A stretch of 33,567 nt of DNA from Rhodothermales bacterium (GCA_040904565.1 JBBDTI010000011.1:25452-59018), one strand, 5' to 3'; positions 1 through 9,954 are shown, counted from the first letter of the stretch. The notes: a model not told the origin generated them from the sequence alone. Program-made: numbers and translations.

Positions 1-399
1 CCCCAGTTCTGCAAACCTGTCCGTCGGCGCCGAGAGACGCCACGACCGCGCTTCCGTTTCGTAGGCATCGCGGGTTTTCTCATACTCCGCCCGCTCCGCA
101 TCACTCAGCTGAGTGCCTCGCGGCGGGCGCTCCGGCCCGTCAGGCAGTCCGGCGAATGCCTCTGCGGTGCCGCCCATGAGCTCGACGGTCGTGAGGCCGG
201 CCTGCTTGAGATAGCTCAGCACGTCCTCGGCGCCCGTCGGTAGCGCCCGAAAACTGTACGAGATGGCACCGATCTGTACGCCGGCGGCACGGCCGCGAAA
301 CGCACTCGTGATCGGTAGGATGGCCGCGGCGGCCGTCTGAAGAAAGCGCCGGCGCGAGAGGCTGCCAAGGGGGGCTGCGTTGGGCTGGGAATCAAACAT
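1..399 (-). CDS. Tat-exported sugar phosphate isomerase/epimerase (xylose-isomerase-like TIM barrel), truncated at the window edge
   Basis: Not in the ORF track. Manual translation from ATG at 399 gives MFDSQPNAAPLGSLSRRRFLQTAAAAILP...GVQIGAISYSFRALPTGAEDVLSYLKQAGLTTVELMG, open to base 1. It has a twin-arginine motif SRRRFL and the 'GVQIGxxSYSFR...VELM' start typical of this family. Confidence 0.8.
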   Translation of the reverse strand, partial: MFDSQPNAAPLGSLSRRRFLQTAAAAILPITSAFRGRAAGVQIGAISYSFRALPTGAEDVLSYLKQAGLTTVELMGGTAEAFAGLPDGPERPPRGTQLSDAERAEYEKTRDAYETEARSWRLSAPTDRFAELG

Positions 400-567
400 G
401 GTCTCAGGCGAATAATATCTACAGGTTCGTCCGCGGTCGCCGTCCACAGCGTGGGGGCATGGAGCTACATAATAGCACGGTACGGAGACCCCATCCAGGG
501 TCCGATATCTCAACTGCACGAACACGTGGACGAGATGCCCGTCGCGCCCGCGAACAGGGCAACAGAT

Positions 568-2775
568 CTAATCCGTCACCGCCGATTGTGGCAGCGCGAA
601 CGCGATGTACCCGTGGCGCTGGTTCTCACGATCCACCCGATTCGGCGCCTCGCCGGCCAGTCCGGATGCAGAGACCACGACATACTGACGCCCCCCCACC
701 TCGTATACCGCCGGGATGCCGTCACCGATGGCGGGCAGCTCGCCCGCCCACAGTTCGTCCCCCGTATCGATGTCGAGCGCTCGCAGGTGTTCGGCCGTCA
801 TCTGGAAGAGGAGTCCCCCGGCCGTCACGGCGGGTCCGCCCCGCAGCCAGTTGGCGGAACCGGTATCGTCGATCCCCTGCTCGGCAAGGAAATCGACCGA
901 GCCCACGGGAGCCTGCCACTTGATCTCGCCCGTGTTCAGATCGTAGGCCGTGATCCGGAACCACGGCGGCTTCACTACGGGCAGTCCGCGGCTATCGAGC
1001 ATGTGGCGGAAACCCGTATGGTATCGCTCGACGTTATCCGGATCGGTGTCCACCGTGTTGCTCGCGCCTTCAGTCAGCGCCAGCTCCGGATTGGCGAGAT
1101 ACATCTTGAGTGACTCCACTTCATTGTCGGTGAGCTGCATGAAGGCGGGCATGAGGTTCCGACCGCGCCGTATCACCTCGTCGAGCTCGTCGTGCGCGAG
1201 CCGGTTCGTCACGCCCACGAGCGACGGCGAACCGCTGTTAGGGACGCCCTCCAGGTCGGCACCGTGGCAGATCTGGCAGTTTGCCTGGTAGATGGACTGC
1301 CCCCGGTCGATCGGCGAACCGCTGCGACCGACGTTCCCGGCCATGACCGGCTCCAGCTCCAGTATCGACGGCATGTTCCATCCGAGGACGTAGAGCGTGC
1401 CGTCGCGCGGGTCGCCTGCCGTAGCTCCCCAGTTCGATCCGCCTCTGTTACCGGGATACTGAATCGTCGGCTGCGTGCTCGGCGGAGTATAGAGCCCTTC
1501 ATAGTGCATCGCCCTCATGGCCGCCACAATCGAATCGCGCTCCTCCGGGAGCAGATAGGGATTGATGTCCGTCTCGAAATCGATTTCGAGCGGTACGAAG
1601 GATTCCGGCTTCGTCGGAAACGGCTGCGTGGGCCACGGCTGCTCGCCCTCCATGGGCGAGGTCGACGGTACGGGCCGCTCTTCGATGGGCCACAGCGGCT
1701 CGCCCGTCACGCGGTCGAAGACGAAGACCATCCCCGTCTTCGTCGCCTGGGCGACGACGTCCTTCCGCTCACCTTCGTGCTCCACCGTCAGCAATATGGG
1801 CGTCGAAGCCAGGTCGAAGTCCCATATGTCATGATGCAGCGTCTGGAAATGCCACACCCACTCGCCCGTGCGCGCATCCAGTGCGACGAGCGAGTTGGCG
1901 AACAGGTTTTCACCGTGACGGTCCACGCCGTAGAAGTCGTAGTTGGCCGAGCCCAGCGGGACGTAGACAATCCCTCGTTCCGCGTCCACGCTCATCCCGC
2001 CCCAGGCGTTCGCCCCGCCCCAGGCGTGATCCGTGCCGATGCTGTCGGAGCGACCCTCCGGCCACGTGTCGTAGCCGAACTCGCCGCGCTTAGGGAGCGT
2101 GTGGAAGATCCACTCCTGCTCTCCGGTGCGTACGTCGAACCCGCGGATATGTCCGGGGCCCCCTATATAGCCTTCACCAGGCGAATTGCCGAGAATCAGG
2201 ACGTCCTCGAAGATCACGCCCGGCGTGCCCGACGTCGCCCGCGCTACGAGCTCGGGGTCCATCCCCATGCCCTCACGCAGATCCACGACGCCTTCGCTGC
2301 CGAAAGACGTAATCGTCTCACCGCTCAGCGCGTCGACGGCCATCAACGCGTAGCTGCCCTTCGTGAACAGGATTCTCCGGTCGGACCGGTCATCGCTCTC
2401 CCAGTACATAACCCCACGACCGCGGACGCCGCCGTCTACCGGCCCGGTCGACCGCCAGATCGGCACGCCCGTGGCCGCGTGCAGCGCCACGACCGCGGTG
2501 TCGTCGATGACGTACATCATCGAGTCGACGACGATCGGATTGCTTTCGACGGCGCCCTGGGACATGTACGTCCAGGCCACCTCAAGCCGGTCGACGTTGG
2601 ACCGGTCGATCTGATCGTGCGCGGAAAACGTCGTCGCACCGGGCTCGCCTTCGTACCGGTGCCAGGTCGTGTATGGGGCGTCGGTGGAGGGATCCGTGCA
2701 TCCGACAAGCATGACCAGGGCGGCTACGTAGCAGGCCGGTCGTGGGAACGCGTTCATCATATCTGCCGGAATCAT
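568..2775 (-). CDS. PQQ-dependent (quinoprotein glucose dehydrogenase-like) beta-propeller lipoprotein with an inserted c-type cytochrome domain
   Basis: Lipobox LVGC; PQQ-enzyme repeats (ALHAATGVPIW, GFDVRTGEQEW, ALDARTGEWVWHFQTLHHDIWDFD, AYDLNTGEIKWQ); heme motif CQICH (1264-1278) with distal Met in GRNLMPAF. The start could be a few codons downstream. Confidence 0.9.
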   Translation of the reverse strand: MIPADMMNAFPRPACYVAALVMLVGCTDPSTDAPYTTWHRYEGEPGATTFSAHDQIDRSNVDRLEVAWTYMSQGAVESNPIVVDSMMYVIDDTAVVALHAATGVPIWRSTGPVDGGVRGRGVMYWESDDRSDRRILFTKGSYALMAVDALSGETITSFGSEGVVDLREGMGMDPELVARATSGTPGVIFEDVLILGNSPGEGYIGGPGHIRGFDVRTGEQEWIFHTLPKRGEFGYDTWPEGRSDSIGTDHAWGGANAWGGMSVDAERGIVYVPLGSANYDFYGVDRHGENLFANSLVALDARTGEWVWHFQTLHHDIWDFDLASTPILLTVEHEGERKDVVAQATKTGMVFVFDRVTGEPLWPIEERPVPSTSPMEGEQPWPTQPFPTKPESFVPLEIDFETDINPYLLPEERDSIVAAMRAMHYEGLYTPPSTQPTIQYPGNRGGSNWGATAGDPRDGTLYVLGWNMPSILELEPVMAGNVGRSGSPIDRGQSIYQANCQICHGADLEGVPNSGSPSLVGVTNRLAHDELDEVIRRGRNLMPAFMQLTDNEVESLKMYLANPELALTEGASNTVDTDPDNVERYHTGFRHMLDSRGLPVVKPPWFRITAYDLNTGEIKWQAPVGSVDFLAEQGIDDTGSANWLRGGPAVTAGGLLFQMTAEHLRALDIDTGDELWAGELPAIGDGIPAVYEVGGRQYVVVSASGLAGEAPNRVDRENQRHGYIAFALPQSAVTD

Positions 2776-2890
2776 CGTCGTCGTTTCGTGTGAGATCTCA
2801 GCAAGATAGTGCAGGCGGCGCTCAGGATCGAGTACGTGCAGGCCTAGCAGAATACTTCTGCAGTGTGGGGACGCCGACGCACGTCTCCCG

Positions 2891-2928
2891 GCCGTCGCAG
2901 GACGCCGTCGCAGGACGCCCTCGCCGAC
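2891..2928. repeat. 13-bp tandem repeat GCCGTCGCAGGAC, two exact copies plus one degenerate copy
   Basis: Exact copies at 2891-2903 and 2904-2916, followed by GCCCTCGCCGAC; intergenic. Confidence 0.8.
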
Positions 2929-2943
2929 GGTCGTCGAGGAGGC

Positions 2944-4575
2944 CTACAGGCTGAGTACCTGACCGTCTTCGAGCAGCCGTTCGCGGAGCACCTGGTAGTC
3001 CACCTCCTGCACGGCGATGCCCGCATCGATGGCCATCGACGCGGCGGTGGCGGCCGACTGCCCCAGGATCATGAAGACGGGCTCCATGCGGATGGAGCCG
3101 TAGGCGATGTGCGATGAGGAAAGCGCCACGGGGACCAGGAGATTCGTCACCTCGTCCCGCTTCGGAATGATGGCGCCGTAGCTGATCTGATAGGGGCCGC
3201 CCGGATTAATCTGGATGTCTCCCTCGTTGCGTGCGTGCCCGTTCTCGTCCACGTACCGCTGGACGTTGTGGGAATCCATGTTGTACGAACCCATCCCGAT
3301 CGATCGCGGCGTTTCGATCCGGCCGGTCAGGTGGTTCTCGGTCATCACGTAGTCGCTGACCATGCGCCGGGCTTCGCGGACGTAGATCTGGTGCGGCCAG
3401 TTGCCGTTGTCCACGAACTCGTCCGCGGCCAGCCCCCACCGGCTCATCTCCGCCCTGACGTCCTCGGGCACGCGCTCGTCGTAGGCCAGGAACCACATCA
3501 ACCCTTTCTGATAGGCCTCGTGCTCCTCGACGATCTCACGCCGGCGCTCGTAGGACGCCTCCGGATAGTCGTAATTCATTCCGATGTTGTCGGTCGAGAA
3601 GGCACCGTGATTGTTCGTGTCGGTCTTGTTGTTGGGAATGGGATCGAACTTCCGGAAGACCTCCCTCCATCCCGCATCCAGATAGCGCCCGAGCAGCTCG
3701 TACTGCATCGGATCGTACCCCTCGGGCTTCGGGAAACGCACGCGGTTCTCCGGAACGGTCGTCAGCGCCATTCGGAAATTGTACGCCTGCACGCGGTGAT
3801 CTCCGCTGCCGTCCTCGCCCGGATCACCTTCATGAATGCGGGGCAGGAGCCCGCTCGTCGAGTCTCCCGGCACCACGTAGGGACTCACGGGAAGCTCGAA
3901 CTGATGGCTCACTGCCCGTTCCTTCTGCACGCCGTTGAGCGTTTCGCCGTACACGTCGTTGCTTTCGCGACCCACCGTATACGTGACGCCGGCAACCGCC
4001 ATGAGGTCCCCCTCATACGTCGCGTCGATGAACGTTCGGCCGCGAAAGGTCTCGCCGCTGTTCATTGTAATCGCCTCGATGGCGCCGTTCGACATCCGCA
4101 CGCCCTCCTCCCGGTCGAGCCACCGCTCGCGAAAGACCGGTATATTCGCCTCCGCAATCATCTCCTCGTAGACCTTTTCGGCCACGTGGGGCTCGAACAC
4201 CCAGATGGCGTCGGCCTCCGGGTCGTAGAGGTCCATCGCATCCGGCTCCTGGTAGGCCCATGCGTCGGGCCGATCGTAATGCCTCTTCGCCCGCTGATAA
4301 AACTCGCGTGAGATTCCACCGATGGCCTCCTTACGCCCGGAATCCGTCCAACCGAGCCCGCTCGACGTTAAGCCGCCGAGGTGCACGTCCGGGCCGACGA
4401 TGACGGCGGACTTCCCCATGCGGTGGGCTTGAACGGCGGCGGCTACGCCGGCCGACGTACCACCGTAGACGACGACGTCGTACGTGACCTCTTCGTCAAC
4501 CGTCGAGCAGGACGAGAGCGCCAGAACGGTGAGAGCAATGCCGCAGAAGACGAGCAATCGAAGCACAGTGTTCAT
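2944..4575 (-). CDS. FAD-dependent oxidoreductase lipoprotein (FAD_oxidored / PF12831-like)
   Basis: Lipobox LSSC; dinucleotide fold DVVVYGGTSAGVAAA; family motifs GGLTSSGLG, FIDATYEGDL and SSSHIAYGSIRMEPVFM. The start overlaps the upstream stop (ATGA, 4572-4575). Confidence 0.88.
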   Translation of the reverse strand: MNTVLRLLVFCGIALTVLALSSCSTVDEEVTYDVVVYGGTSAGVAAAVQAHRMGKSAVIVGPDVHLGGLTSSGLGWTDSGRKEAIGGISREFYQRAKRHYDRPDAWAYQEPDAMDLYDPEADAIWVFEPHVAEKVYEEMIAEANIPVFRERWLDREEGVRMSNGAIEAITMNSGETFRGRTFIDATYEGDLMAVAGVTYTVGRESNDVYGETLNGVQKERAVSHQFELPVSPYVVPGDSTSGLLPRIHEGDPGEDGSGDHRVQAYNFRMALTTVPENRVRFPKPEGYDPMQYELLGRYLDAGWREVFRKFDPIPNNKTDTNNHGAFSTDNIGMNYDYPEASYERRREIVEEHEAYQKGLMWFLAYDERVPEDVRAEMSRWGLAADEFVDNGNWPHQIYVREARRMVSDYVMTENHLTGRIETPRSIGMGSYNMDSHNVQRYVDENGHARNEGDIQINPGGPYQISYGAIIPKRDEVTNLLVPVALSSSHIAYGSIRMEPVFMILGQSAATAASMAIDAGIAVQEVDYQVLRERLLEDGQVLSL

Positions 4576-5477
4576 GGGTCCACCGATACGTAAGCGTCGA
4601 TGACGGCCTGTTCCCCTTCCCGTCCGTCACGCGAGTTGCCGTGCTCCATGCCCAGAATGCCGTCGTAGCCTTTCGAGTGGATGTGGGCGAACACGTTGGC
4701 GTAGTTGATCTCGCCGGTCGTGGGCTCGTCGCGACCTGGATTGTCGCCGATCTGGATATAGGCGATCTCCGACCAGCTCCGGTCCATGTTGGGGATGAGG
4801 TTGCCCTCGGTGATCTGCTGGTGGTAGATGTCGTAGAGGATCTTGCACGACGGGCTGTCCACGTGCTTGCAGATCATGTACGCCTGCGGCGTTCGGCTGA
4901 GAAACATGCCGGGGTGATTCGACCACCAGTTCAGCGGTTCGAGAACCATCACCAGGCCGTGCGGCTCGAGGATCTCCGCGGCCCGCTTCAAGGATTCGAC
5001 GACGTTGACGGTCTGGTATTCCATCTCGAGCCGCTGGGAGACGGTGCCCGGCACGACCGTCATCCACTTCGCATTGACGCGCCGGGCAACCTCCACGGAG
5101 GATCGGATGTCGTCGAGGAATTCCTCCCGGCGGTCCGGATCGCCACTCGCAAGATTTGCCTCGTTCCAGTAGATCTGGTGGGCGACGAAGACGCCCATGC
5201 GCATATCGAGCCTCGCCATCTCCGACGCGATGCGTTCCTGCAGCTCGACCGGCCGCCCCCCCATGCCGTTGTCTTCCAGCGATCGAAATCCCTGATCCGC
5301 CATGAACCGGAGCTGATCGATGGGATCATCGCCCGCGTGAGCGCTGAACATCCCGAAGTGCGGTGCATAATCGAGCGTGAAGTTCGGTTTCGGCGGACGC
5401 GCGGCCGCCTCGATACCGGCGGCCGACGAGGCGAGTCCGGCCGCGGCCAGCGATGAGACAAAGGATCGACGGTCCAT
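4572..5477 (-). CDS. Tat-exported hydroxypyruvate isomerase-family TIM-barrel protein
   Basis: Start re-called at ATG 5477 (MDRRSFVSSLAAAG, a Tat signal) rather than 5735. Hyi-type motifs LEPLN, YDIYHQQITEG, QIGDNPGRDEPTTGEINY, GMEH. Confidence 0.88.
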   Translation of the reverse strand: MDRRSFVSSLAAAGLASSAAGIEAAARPPKPNFTLDYAPHFGMFSAHAGDDPIDQLRFMADQGFRSLEDNGMGGRPVELQERIASEMARLDMRMGVFVAHQIYWNEANLASGDPDRREEFLDDIRSSVEVARRVNAKWMTVVPGTVSQRLEMEYQTVNVVESLKRAAEILEPHGLVMVLEPLNWWSNHPGMFLSRTPQAYMICKHVDSPSCKILYDIYHQQITEGNLIPNMDRSWSEIAYIQIGDNPGRDEPTTGEINYANVFAHIHSKGYDGILGMEHGNSRDGREGEQAVIDAYVSVDP

Positions 5478-5750
5478 CTTGAATCGGTGGTAAGTTGGTT
5501 GAGGGGCAGAGAAACGTGGTACGGCAGGCGCGTAAGGAGCCGGACGCCCACACACTAATAATAACGGATCCCACCCCGCGATGCGACGCGAAACGCCGAT
5601 ACCGCTGCGTGCGTCGACGCCGAGGGTGTGCGAGGCCACCCGTGGGTGCCGGGAGAGGGCAAAAGGCGGGTCCGAGGCAAGGGTGTACGAGGCGACTTTC
5701 GACCAGGGATATGGAAGGCCGCGTTCCGCGGACAAGCAATCGGACGCCGC

Positions 5751-6344
5751 TCAGATCGTGTCCCAGGGCACTCTCGACAGTCCCAGTCGCTCGATCTCTT
5801 CCTCGGGAGCGCCCGTCCATTCCTGCACGTACTCGTTCCCGATGTAGCCCAAATCGTCCATCCCTTCTTTCGTCGTCCAGAATCCCGAGGCCGTCAGGTC
5901 GCGAAAGCTGTTGAAGAAGGCCACGCCGTGCGACAGCTCCGAATCGGCATCGCCGGGATAGGCGATCGCATCCAGGACCTGACGCTGCTGCACGTCCGTG
6001 CACGCCGTGAACGCCTGTTCAAAGCGCTCCTCGCAGTAGGTATCCAGCCAGGCCAGCCCGCCACGCATCGGCGTCTGCATGGGCGGACGGTCGACCATGA
6101 TGAAGCCCATGAATTCGGGCACCCCTACGTCCGTCGCGCTTCCTGAGCGGTCGTCAGCCGGGATGATCATGTCGACGAGCAGGCGGACCGTCTCGAATTC
6201 GTGGTCCGTAAAGAACTGGGCCTGAAACCGACCGGCGGCGCGTGCCGCCGCGGACTTCCGGGAGGCCAGCTCCGCATCGAGGCGCGTCCACGTGAACGCG
6301 AAAGGGGCCAGTGCCAGTAGTTTGATGGTTTCGCGGCGATCCAT
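5751..6344 (-). CDS. Gluconate 2-dehydrogenase subunit 3 family protein (Tat small subunit of the adjacent GMC dehydrogenase)
   Basis: MDRRETIK twin-arginine-like N-terminus; motifs DMIIPADDRSGSATDVGVPEF, FFNSFRDLTASGFWTT, GYIGN; lies directly downstream of the GMC gene. Alternative TTG start at 6353. Confidence 0.88.
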   Translation of the reverse strand: MDRRETIKLLALAPFAFTWTRLDAELASRKSAAARAAGRFQAQFFTDHEFETVRLLVDMIIPADDRSGSATDVGVPEFMGFIMVDRPPMQTPMRGGLAWLDTYCEERFEQAFTACTDVQQRQVLDAIAYPGDADSELSHGVAFFNSFRDLTASGFWTTKEGMDDLGYIGNEYVQEWTGAPEEEIERLGLSRVPWDTI

Positions 6345-6401
6345 GGTAGTCAATCCGTCAATGTTCTGATCGATGTATCAGCCCTCGGCGGGCCGCTTCC
6401 A

Positions 6402-6440
6402 CGTCTCCCTTACAGCTTAGCCTCGTCTCCCTTACAACTT
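6402..6440. repeat. 17-bp imperfect direct repeat (period 22) duplicating the 3' end and stop codon of the GMC gene
   Basis: CGTCTCCCTTACAGCTT (6402-6418) versus CGTCTCCCTTACAACTT (6424-6440). Confidence 0.75.
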
Positions 6441-8150
6441 CCCCTCGTCGCGGAGCTCGACGATGTGCTCGGACGTACGCCAGGCCATCGCGAGGATGGT
6501 CCACGTCGTGTTCTTATGCGCCTGTGATACGAACGGAGCGCCGTCCGCCACGAAGACGTTCTTCGCATCGTGGGCCTGGCAGTAGGCATTGAGCGGCGCC
6601 TCCGCCGGATCATCCCCCATCCGAACCGTCCCGACCTCGTGTATGATGCGTCCAGGTGCCAGGATGCCGTACCCCTCTTCTCTGGAAGGCATCGGATTGA
6701 GCACTTCACCGCCCATCGCCCGCACGAGTTCGCGGGCCGACTCCTGGGCGTGCCTGACCTGATTGTATTCCTGATCGCTCCACGTAACGTTGAATCGGAG
6801 CACCGGAATGCCGTATTCGTCGACCGTATCGGGGTCGATCTCGCAGTAATTGTCATAGCGCGCAAGCATCTCACCGCGCGCGGCGAAACCGCCGATGGCG
6901 CCGTACAGATCGCGGTAGTCCTGTTTGAGCTGCAGCCCGTAGCCTCCGCCCCCGCGCGGCCGCTCATCGAACAGGTCGTTGTACTGGTGGATGCCGCCCC
7001 CGAAGCCGTAGCTGGGCTGACGGCGACCGCCCCAGACCTCAAGGTGATATCCGCGTGCAAAATCCAGATCCTGATCGTACCCGAACCAGGGGATGTAAAT
7101 GTGCGACCCGCCCGTCCCGTCTTCGTTGTAGGCGGGCCGGCCGATGAGCTGCGGAAAGAGACCGATGATATCCGCCCCGGTGGAATCCATCAGGTAGCGT
7201 CCGACGACCCCGCTTGAATTGGCCAGTCCGTTCGGGTGCCTGGGCGACTTCGAGTTCAGCAGGAGCCGCGCCGACTCGCAGGCACTCGCCGCCAGTACGA
7301 CCGTCCGCGCGCGGACCTGATATTCCTGGAGGTCTTCCTTGTTGACGTAGGAGACGCCCGTCGCGAGGCCTTCCGCGTCCGTCGTTACCTCGCGCGCCAT
7401 CGCGTTCGGAATGATGGTCAGATTGCCCGTCTCGCGAGCCGGCGGCAGGAGCACCGAGGGCGTGGAGAAATTCGATGCCGTTGAGCATCCGCGCCCGCAC
7501 TGCGCGCAGTAGTGACAGGCCGGTCGCCCGTTGTGGGCCTGCGTGATGATTGAGAGCCGGTTGGCGAGCACGGGGATGCCGATCTTTTTCGCCCCCTCCA
7601 TCACCAGCAGTTCGTTCAGACGCGGCGCGGGCGGCGGCATGAAGATACCGTCCGGCTCGTTGTAGAAGCCGTCCTGGTTGCCGAAAATGCCCACGAGGCG
7701 GTCGACCTTGTCGTAATACGGCGCGACGTCATGATAGCCGATGGGCCAGTCGTCTCCGAGACCGTCTATACTCCGGCCGCGGAAGTCATCCGGACCGAAA
7801 CGCAGCGAGATACGTCCCCAGTGGTTCGTTCGCCCGCCCAGCATGCGCGCGCGAAACCAGTCCCACTCCGTTCCCGGCGCGCGCGTGTACGGCTCGCCGT
7901 CGATTTCCCATCCGCCGATACACCCGTCGAACTCCCCGAACGGCTTCTCGTCGGACCCCGCCCCGCGCGTCGGCGACGAGTAGTTCCACGTGAACATGTC
8001 GCCGTCGGTGGCGGCGTCCCACATGGGGCCTGCTTCGAGCATGACCACGTCCGCCCCCGCCTGCGTAAGCACGTAGGCCGCCATGCCGCCGCCGGCACCG
8101 GATCCGATGATGGCGACGTCGTAAACTTTCGGGCTGATAATGTTAAACAT
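6432..8150 (-). CDS. GMC-family FAD oxidoreductase, glucoside 3-dehydrogenase-like catalytic subunit
   Basis: GSGAGGG FAD motif, GGRTNHWGR, Cys cluster CHYCAQCGRGC (7485-7517), C-terminal HEVGTVRMG and KNTTWTILAMAWR. Start re-called at ATG 8150 (MFNIISPKVYDV); no signal peptide. Confidence 0.9.
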   Translation of the reverse strand: MFNIISPKVYDVAIIGSGAGGGMAAYVLTQAGADVVMLEAGPMWDAATDGDMFTWNYSSPTRGAGSDEKPFGEFDGCIGGWEIDGEPYTRAPGTEWDWFRARMLGGRTNHWGRISLRFGPDDFRGRSIDGLGDDWPIGYHDVAPYYDKVDRLVGIFGNQDGFYNEPDGIFMPPPAPRLNELLVMEGAKKIGIPVLANRLSIITQAHNGRPACHYCAQCGRGCSTASNFSTPSVLLPPARETGNLTIIPNAMAREVTTDAEGLATGVSYVNKEDLQEYQVRARTVVLAASACESARLLLNSKSPRHPNGLANSSGVVGRYLMDSTGADIIGLFPQLIGRPAYNEDGTGGSHIYIPWFGYDQDLDFARGYHLEVWGGRRQPSYGFGGGIHQYNDLFDERPRGGGGYGLQLKQDYRDLYGAIGGFAARGEMLARYDNYCEIDPDTVDEYGIPVLRFNVTWSDQEYNQVRHAQESARELVRAMGGEVLNPMPSREEGYGILAPGRIIHEVGTVRMGDDPAEAPLNAYCQAHDAKNVFVADGAPFVSQAHKNTTWTILAMAWRTSEHIVELRDEGKL

Positions 8151-8187
8151 GATAACCGTTCCGATAAATGAGGCCTCGTCCTTCCAC

Positions 8188-9954
8188 CTACGGACCCGAC
8201 GATGGCGCGTCAAGATTTATTCGTTCGAGCTCTCCGGCTCCTTCTACCACGCGATAATGCCGGTTTCCTTCGACTCGGGCGAACGCGTCCACCTCTCCGC
8301 TCGGCCACGTCACGACGAGTGAATCGACGTCGTCGCGCGTTCCGAGACCGAACGTGGCGACGCGCTCGAACTCCGACAGGTAGCTCGATCCGGAGCGTAT
8401 CCGTCGCTCCATCGTCAGATCGCCCACCGTCGCCCGTATCCGCGCACCGATGCCGTCCCTGTTACTGGTCGTACCTTCCAGGCTGACACGAAGATAACCT
8501 CTCCCTGGGACGTCGTTCCGCCAGAGATGAACGGGGCCGTCGTTCTCCACGACAAGAATGTCCAGATCTCCGTCACCGTCAAAATCTCCATACGCTGCGC
8601 CGCGCCCCAGGAGGGGTTTCGTAAGCACCCCTTCGTCCGCCCCCAATTCAGCGAACGAACCGCTGCCGTCATTGAGAAAGATCTGCGCCGGCTGCTTGAA
8701 CGTCGCCCCCTCCAGAATACGGTCGATGTATTCCTGGACGTGTCCGTTGGCCAGGAAAAGATCGAGATCCGTATCGAGGTCGAGATCGGCGAGAAAGAGG
8801 CCGAACGTGAGCGTGTTCAGGCTGGGATGGCCGACTCTTGACAGGGTGGCCCGGTCCATAAAGTAATCACCCTGCGTGTGCGTGTAAACGCCGACCATCT
8901 CCTGCGTAAAATTGCCGACGAAAATAGATACGTGCCCCGAAGTGTCCACCACCCCTGCATCGGCGCCCATCCCCGCCCGCGGTTGACCGTGCTGATCGTA
9001 CGCGACGCCGCGTTGAATGCCGCGTTCGGTGAAGGTACCGTCTCCATTGTTCTCGAACAGCATGTCACGCTCGGTATCGTTCGCGACGAAAAGGTCCGGC
9101 CATCCGTCATTATTGAAGTCGAGCATCACGACCCCCAGCGATTTATCCTTTGCCGGCTCCACGCCCGTCAGAAAGCCCGCCTCCGCAGTCTCATTCGAGA
9201 ACGTGCCGTCCCCATTGTTACGATAGAAGGTGCTGGAGACGCCTTCGTACAGCTGCGGGGTGCAGTAGCCCTTCTCCCCTTCGAACCCGCAGTAGATATC
9301 GTCTTCGGGGGACCACTCGACGTAGTTGGCGACGAACAGATCGAGGTGACCGTCGCGATCGGCATCGAAAAACAGGGCGGACGTGCTCCAGACGGATTCG
9401 TCGGCAATGCCGGCGTCGCGACTCACGTCCACAAAGGCGCCGTCGTCGTTCCGAAGCAGCACGTTCTCATGAAGCGCCGTGACGAGCACGTCCGGATCGC
9501 CGTCGTTGTCGAAGTCCGCAATCGCCAGCCCGAAGGGATAGACGTCAAGCCCTTCCAGTCCGGCTTCCTCCGATACCAGGTCGAACGTGCCGTCACCCCG
9601 ATTGCGATACAACCACAGCGTGCGGCTCTCCTCGCTCGTCTGCTCCCATCCGCCACCGCCTACGAGCAGAATATCCTGCCATCCGTCTCCGTCGAAGTCG
9701 AAAAAGGCAGCGCCTGGTCCGACTATCTCCGGCATCCACTTGCTGCCGAACCCACCGTTCACGTGCCGGTACGCTGCGAGTCCGGCTGCCTCGGTCACAT
9801 CCGTCAGTCTGAACCCCCCGTTGCCGCTCCCATCCGGCGCATCCGTCCCATCCGTCGACGGCTCGCTGCAGGCACTCAGCAGAAGTACGATCGACATAAC
9901 GAGCATCGGCAGCAGCCGTGCGGCGTCGACCTGGCAGGCGCTCGTTCGTACCAT
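8188..9954 (-). CDS. CRTAC1-family lipoprotein (FG-GAP/VCBS repeats + C-terminal ASPIC/UnbV domain), copy 1
   Basis: Lipobox LSAC; repeated Ca-binding motifs DFDGDGWQD, DFDNDGDPD, DADRDGHLD, DFNNDGWPD, DFDGDGDLD; UnbV signature NRDGIGARI...GSSYLS...FGLG...VTWPSG. Start uncertain (9906-9963). Confidence 0.9.
   Translation of the reverse strand: MVRTSACQVDAARLLPMLVMSIVLLLSACSEPSTDGTDAPDGSGNGGFRLTDVTEAAGLAAYRHVNGGFGSKWMPEIVGPGAAFFDFDGDGWQDILLVGGGGWEQTSEESRTLWLYRNRGDGTFDLVSEEAGLEGLDVYPFGLAIADFDNDGDPDVLVTALHENVLLRNDDGAFVDVSRDAGIADESVWSTSALFFDADRDGHLDLFVANYVEWSPEDDIYCGFEGEKGYCTPQLYEGVSSTFYRNNGDGTFSNETAEAGFLTGVEPAKDKSLGVVMLDFNNDGWPDLFVANDTERDMLFENNGDGTFTERGIQRGVAYDQHGQPRAGMGADAGVVDTSGHVSIFVGNFTQEMVGVYTHTQGDYFMDRATLSRVGHPSLNTLTFGLFLADLDLDTDLDLFLANGHVQEYIDRILEGATFKQPAQIFLNDGSGSFAELGADEGVLTKPLLGRGAAYGDFDGDGDLDILVVENDGPVHLWRNDVPGRGYLRVSLEGTTSNRDGIGARIRATVGDLTMERRIRSGSSYLSEFERVATFGLGTRDDVDSLVVTWPSGEVDAFARVEGNRHYRVVEGAGELERINLDAPSSGP

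Noticed and set aside
2847-2861. Small palindrome GCAGAA-TAC-TTCTGC upstream of the PQQ gene
   Set aside because: A single 6-bp-arm inverted repeat is expected by chance, and I found no second copy.
5478-5735. 86-aa N-terminal extension of the Hyi-family ORF; also a 14-bp near-repeat (5623-5636 / 5680-5693) and a TATTAT -10-like hexamer
   Set aside because: The Tat signal starts at Met 5477, so the extension is probably non-coding. The repeat and hexamer are too weak to call without a convincing -35.
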